From positions 310,001 through 374,000 of the forward strand of contig CDRNVI010000040.1 in NCBI GenBank assembly GCA_977017575.1: DNA of 64,000 nt. The letters run 5' to 3'. Position numbers and translations under genes: made by a program. Within the stretch, counting starts at the first letter, position 1; the number at the start of each line of letters is the position of its first letter. The notes under the pieces were generated by a model. That model did no database searches. It was given only the letters and a program-made list of their open reading frames with translations, and had not been told where the DNA came from. Shown here one piece after another: positions 61,338-64,000 of the stretch. The stretch comes from Paramoeba atlantica (lineage: Eukaryota > Protista > Discosea).

Positions 61338-63707
61338 ATGAGCCGTTCCATTGCTCGACTTTCACATGCCTCTTCCAGCTTAATACGCTGTTCTCAGGTA
61401 ATACCTGATCTTTTCTCTGCGGTAAAAGAGCTAATAGAAAATAGTATTGACGCCGGAGCACTCTTTGTCGATGTTTTAGTGGAAGAATTTGGGACGGGAA
61501 ATATTGTTGTAATAGACAATGGCAGCGGTATGGATGTCAGTGAATTAGAGGGACTTGCAACGTTGTACCAAACTTCAAAACTTAGTACTTTCGAAGAGTG
61601 TGAAACCGTAAGGTCTTTCGGTTTTCGTGGGGAAGCCTTGGCGTCACTATGCGCACTGTGTAAAGAGGTGGAGGTAACAAGTAAGAAAGAGGGGATCGAA
61701 CGAACCTGCATGTATGCTAATGGAAAGCTCTCAAGCACGAAAGTTTCACAAAACATCACCCACACTTCCGGCACTAATGTAACCCTTTTAGGCTTGTTCG
61801 ATGCACTTCCGGTTCGGCGCAAACATTTCGTGACATCCTGTAAGCGGGAGTTTTCCACCGCACTACACAAATGGCGTCAATATTGTTTTTTATGCCTTTT
61901 AAAAGACCATATCACTTCACAACCTGGCTGTCGAGTTCGTCTTTTGCACAACAACGCCGTTGTTGGTTCCTCACAATTAGGTCAACCCGTTATACAAGGT
62001 ATCGCTAGCGTTTTTGGGTCCAAAATCGCACGTTCTCTTACCACCGTGTCGTGGAGTTTCGAGCAGGATTCTGGCTTGGACAGCGAAGAAATGTCGAAGG
62101 TGCCAACATGTATTACCGTTCAAGGGGCTTTAGGGCTTGTTGCCTCAGCGTCCTCAGCTCTACACTATCTTTTCGTCAATGGACGTCCCGTTGACATCCC
62201 ACGGATCCACAAAGCGTTGTTGGCGTCTCGTATAGATCCGACTGCATCGACCTTAGCTCGAAAATCACAAACGCTATCGGTTGCCTACATATTGAACATG
62301 AACATGGAAGATTCAGGAAGATCTGTTGATTATAATGTAACCCCTGATAAGCGAACGGTCATTCTACACGATGAGGCAGTCCTTGCTGACTTGCTGCACC
62401 GACATGCTGCAGCTCATTTTCAGGAACAACGAAGTACTGAAAAGCGCCAATATTCTATGTGCACGCCGACAGTCTCAGCGGTTGGTCAAGAAATCACGAC
62501 TCCAATACAGAAGAAGGTAAACAGCAGTCTTGCTTATCGTACTCGAGACTCATCGTCTTCGAATGATAGGACTGGGAAGAAGAATGAATTAGATGTTACG
62601 CCTTTATTTACTCCAGGACCGCTAGAATATACACCCACTGTATGGGAAAAATCAAACACGTCTAACTACAATCAAGATCGGACTATGGACAATCAAAATA
62701 CAGTTACGCCACCCGTCAATATTATTGACATATCAACGAAAATTGTGGACCACGAACAGGAAGAAGCAAATATTGTAGACCCAGAAATCCGTCTTGATTT
62801 TTCGCAATCGAGCTCAGATTCAAATTTGTCTGGAGATGAGAACAGTGCTCCTTTGGAAGAGTATTCGTGGACGGTTAGTACAGCAGAATGTATACTCTTT
62901 GCCGACTCAAATGACAGACGCGTGATGCCACGAAACTGGTCAGTGACACCAGAAAATGTTGTCGGTCAAGATGCACCTCGCTTACTCGACCGCACTGACT
63001 TTTTGCGGATGTTCGTTCTTGGGCAATTCAACCTTGGGTTCATTCTTACGTCACTAGATGGGCAACTTTTTATAATCGATCAGCATGCTGCAGATGAGAA
63101 ACACAATTATGAATCTCTCGTTTTGGACGCGAAACGGCAGGTTCGAAAGCAGCGACTTCTTGTTCCCTACGAGCTCAGCAGTGCACTTTCCCCTCGTCAC
63201 ATAGAAATTCGAGAAATATTGCGCCAGTTAGAAAACCATGGTATTGAACTACATTGGAAAGATGTTGAATGCGTTGAAGCAGATGATTATGTTGTTTCAT
63301 CTGCTTGTCAGGTTCTATGTGTACCGACAACCATCGGAATAACATACTCTCTTTATGACGTCGAAGATGTCATCACACAACTGCTTAATACTCCCGAGTC
63401 ATCTCGGCATCAATTCAATTCTACTGAGTTCCTGCCGCAGTCAAAGAGAAATCTTGAGAGCAACAACAATAGCAAAATTAAATCGTCATGCGTAGATACG
63501 GATATAGGCACGGACTCAAATATTTTACTGTCTACTAGGGTTTATGATATGCTTGCTTCGCGCGCGTGCCGCAAGAGCATTATGATTGGCGATCCATTGG
63601 ATTTCTTGACCATGCGTAACGTAGTAAGCAGATTAGGTTCACTACAAAACCCCTGGGAATGCCCCCACGGACGTCCGACTATTAGACGGGTTGCGGTAAC
63701 AAAATAG
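61338..63707 (+). CDS. PMS1: MutL-alpha endonuclease subunit PMS1/PMS2
   Basis: KELIENSIDAGA, DNGSG, GFRGEAL, DQHAADEK, ASRACR, CPHGRPT; first ATG 61338. Confidence 0.95.
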   Translation: MSRSIARLSHASSSLIRCSQVIPDLFSAVKELIENSIDAGALFVDVLVEEFGTGNIVVIDNGSGMDVSELEGLATLYQTSKLSTFEECETVRSFGFRGEALASLCALCKEVEVTSKKEGIERTCMYANGKLSSTKVSQNITHTSGTNVTLLGLFDALPVRRKHFVTSCKREFSTALHKWRQYCFLCLLKDHITSQPGCRVRLLHNNAVVGSSQLGQPVIQGIASVFGSKIARSLTTVSWSFEQDSGLDSEEMSKVPTCITVQGALGLVASASSALHYLFVNGRPVDIPRIHKALLASRIDPTASTLARKSQTLSVAYILNMNMEDSGRSVDYNVTPDKRTVILHDEAVLADLLHRHAAAHFQEQRSTEKRQYSMCTPTVSAVGQEITTPIQKKVNSSLAYRTRDSSSSNDRTGKKNELDVTPLFTPGPLEYTPTVWEKSNTSNYNQDRTMDNQNTVTPPVNIIDISTKIVDHEQEEANIVDPEIRLDFSQSSSDSNLSGDENSAPLEEYSWTVSTAECILFADSNDRRVMPRNWSVTPENVVGQDAPRLLDRTDFLRMFVLGQFNLGFILTSLDGQLFIIDQHAADEKHNYESLVLDAKRQVRKQRLLVPYELSSALSPRHIEIREILRQLENHGIELHWKDVECVEADDYVVSSACQVLCVPTTIGITYSLYDVEDVITQLLNTPESSRHQFNSTEFLPQSKRNLESNNNSKIKSSCVDTDIGTDSNILLSTRVYDMLASRACRKSIMIGDPLDFLTMRNVVSRLGSLQNPWECPHGRPTIRRVAVTK

Positions 63708-64000
63708 AGCTGCGTAGAAATTAGAGGATATTCACACGTCCCTTCATTTTTGCTATAAATTGGTATAAAATAAGTTCGCTATAAATTTTACATGTACTTC
63801 AATGAATCTAATAGGTTAATGTACTGATGCGTAATCTAATCGAATTACTTTTCCATGTATACCTATTCGAATTTGCCTATATTACTTAAACTCTTTTAGT
63901 AAATTCGCATCTGCTAACTCAACGCACATGGTGCTTCGACAAGCCGTAAAGTGGCCACACAAATTTATCGACACAGAAGATGCTTTAAAAGCAGTTACAA

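Noticed and set aside
1-64000. tRNA, rRNA, spliced-leader RNA genes, bacterial promoters or terminators
   Set aside because: None recognised by eye; tRNAscan-SE and Infernal would be needed to exclude them

Overview
Eukaryotic, intron-free, gene-dense DNA. All ~35 recognisable host genes lie head-to-tail on the + strand with pyrimidine-rich spacers, as in a kinetoplastid polycistronic unit. A BILBO1-type protein, a Fip1+CCCH protein and a kinetoplastid-style bL17m support a kinetoplastid. Two short 24-aa-repeat LRR genes and a Merlin element suggest a Perkinsela-like organism (inference). Host genes include RBBP4-like WD40, TEL2, SCD6, ZIP transporter, gamma-SNAP, PIG-U-like, RPT1, RRP3, TFIIIC tau95, COQ3, prolyl hydroxylase, GT25, FIP1, RPF2, Rieske protein, bL17m, MND1, RlmI-like MTase, proteasome beta3, RPB9 and PMS1/PMS2. 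The spacers hold many DNA transposons: an intact Merlin (25-bp TIR, 8-bp TSD), a full-length hAT with one frameshift and an apparent DDD triad, a second hAT relic, a Tc1 DD34E relic with two related MITEs, a Stowaway-like MITE and a Merlin relic. Structure not explained by these features: four ~0.7-1.2 kb islands where composition flips from C/A-rich to G/T-rich inside genes, a 300-bp run of stem-loops, an antisense island bounded by 10-bp repeat arrays, and a candidate C/D snoRNA. All calls are by eye from motifs; no searches were run.
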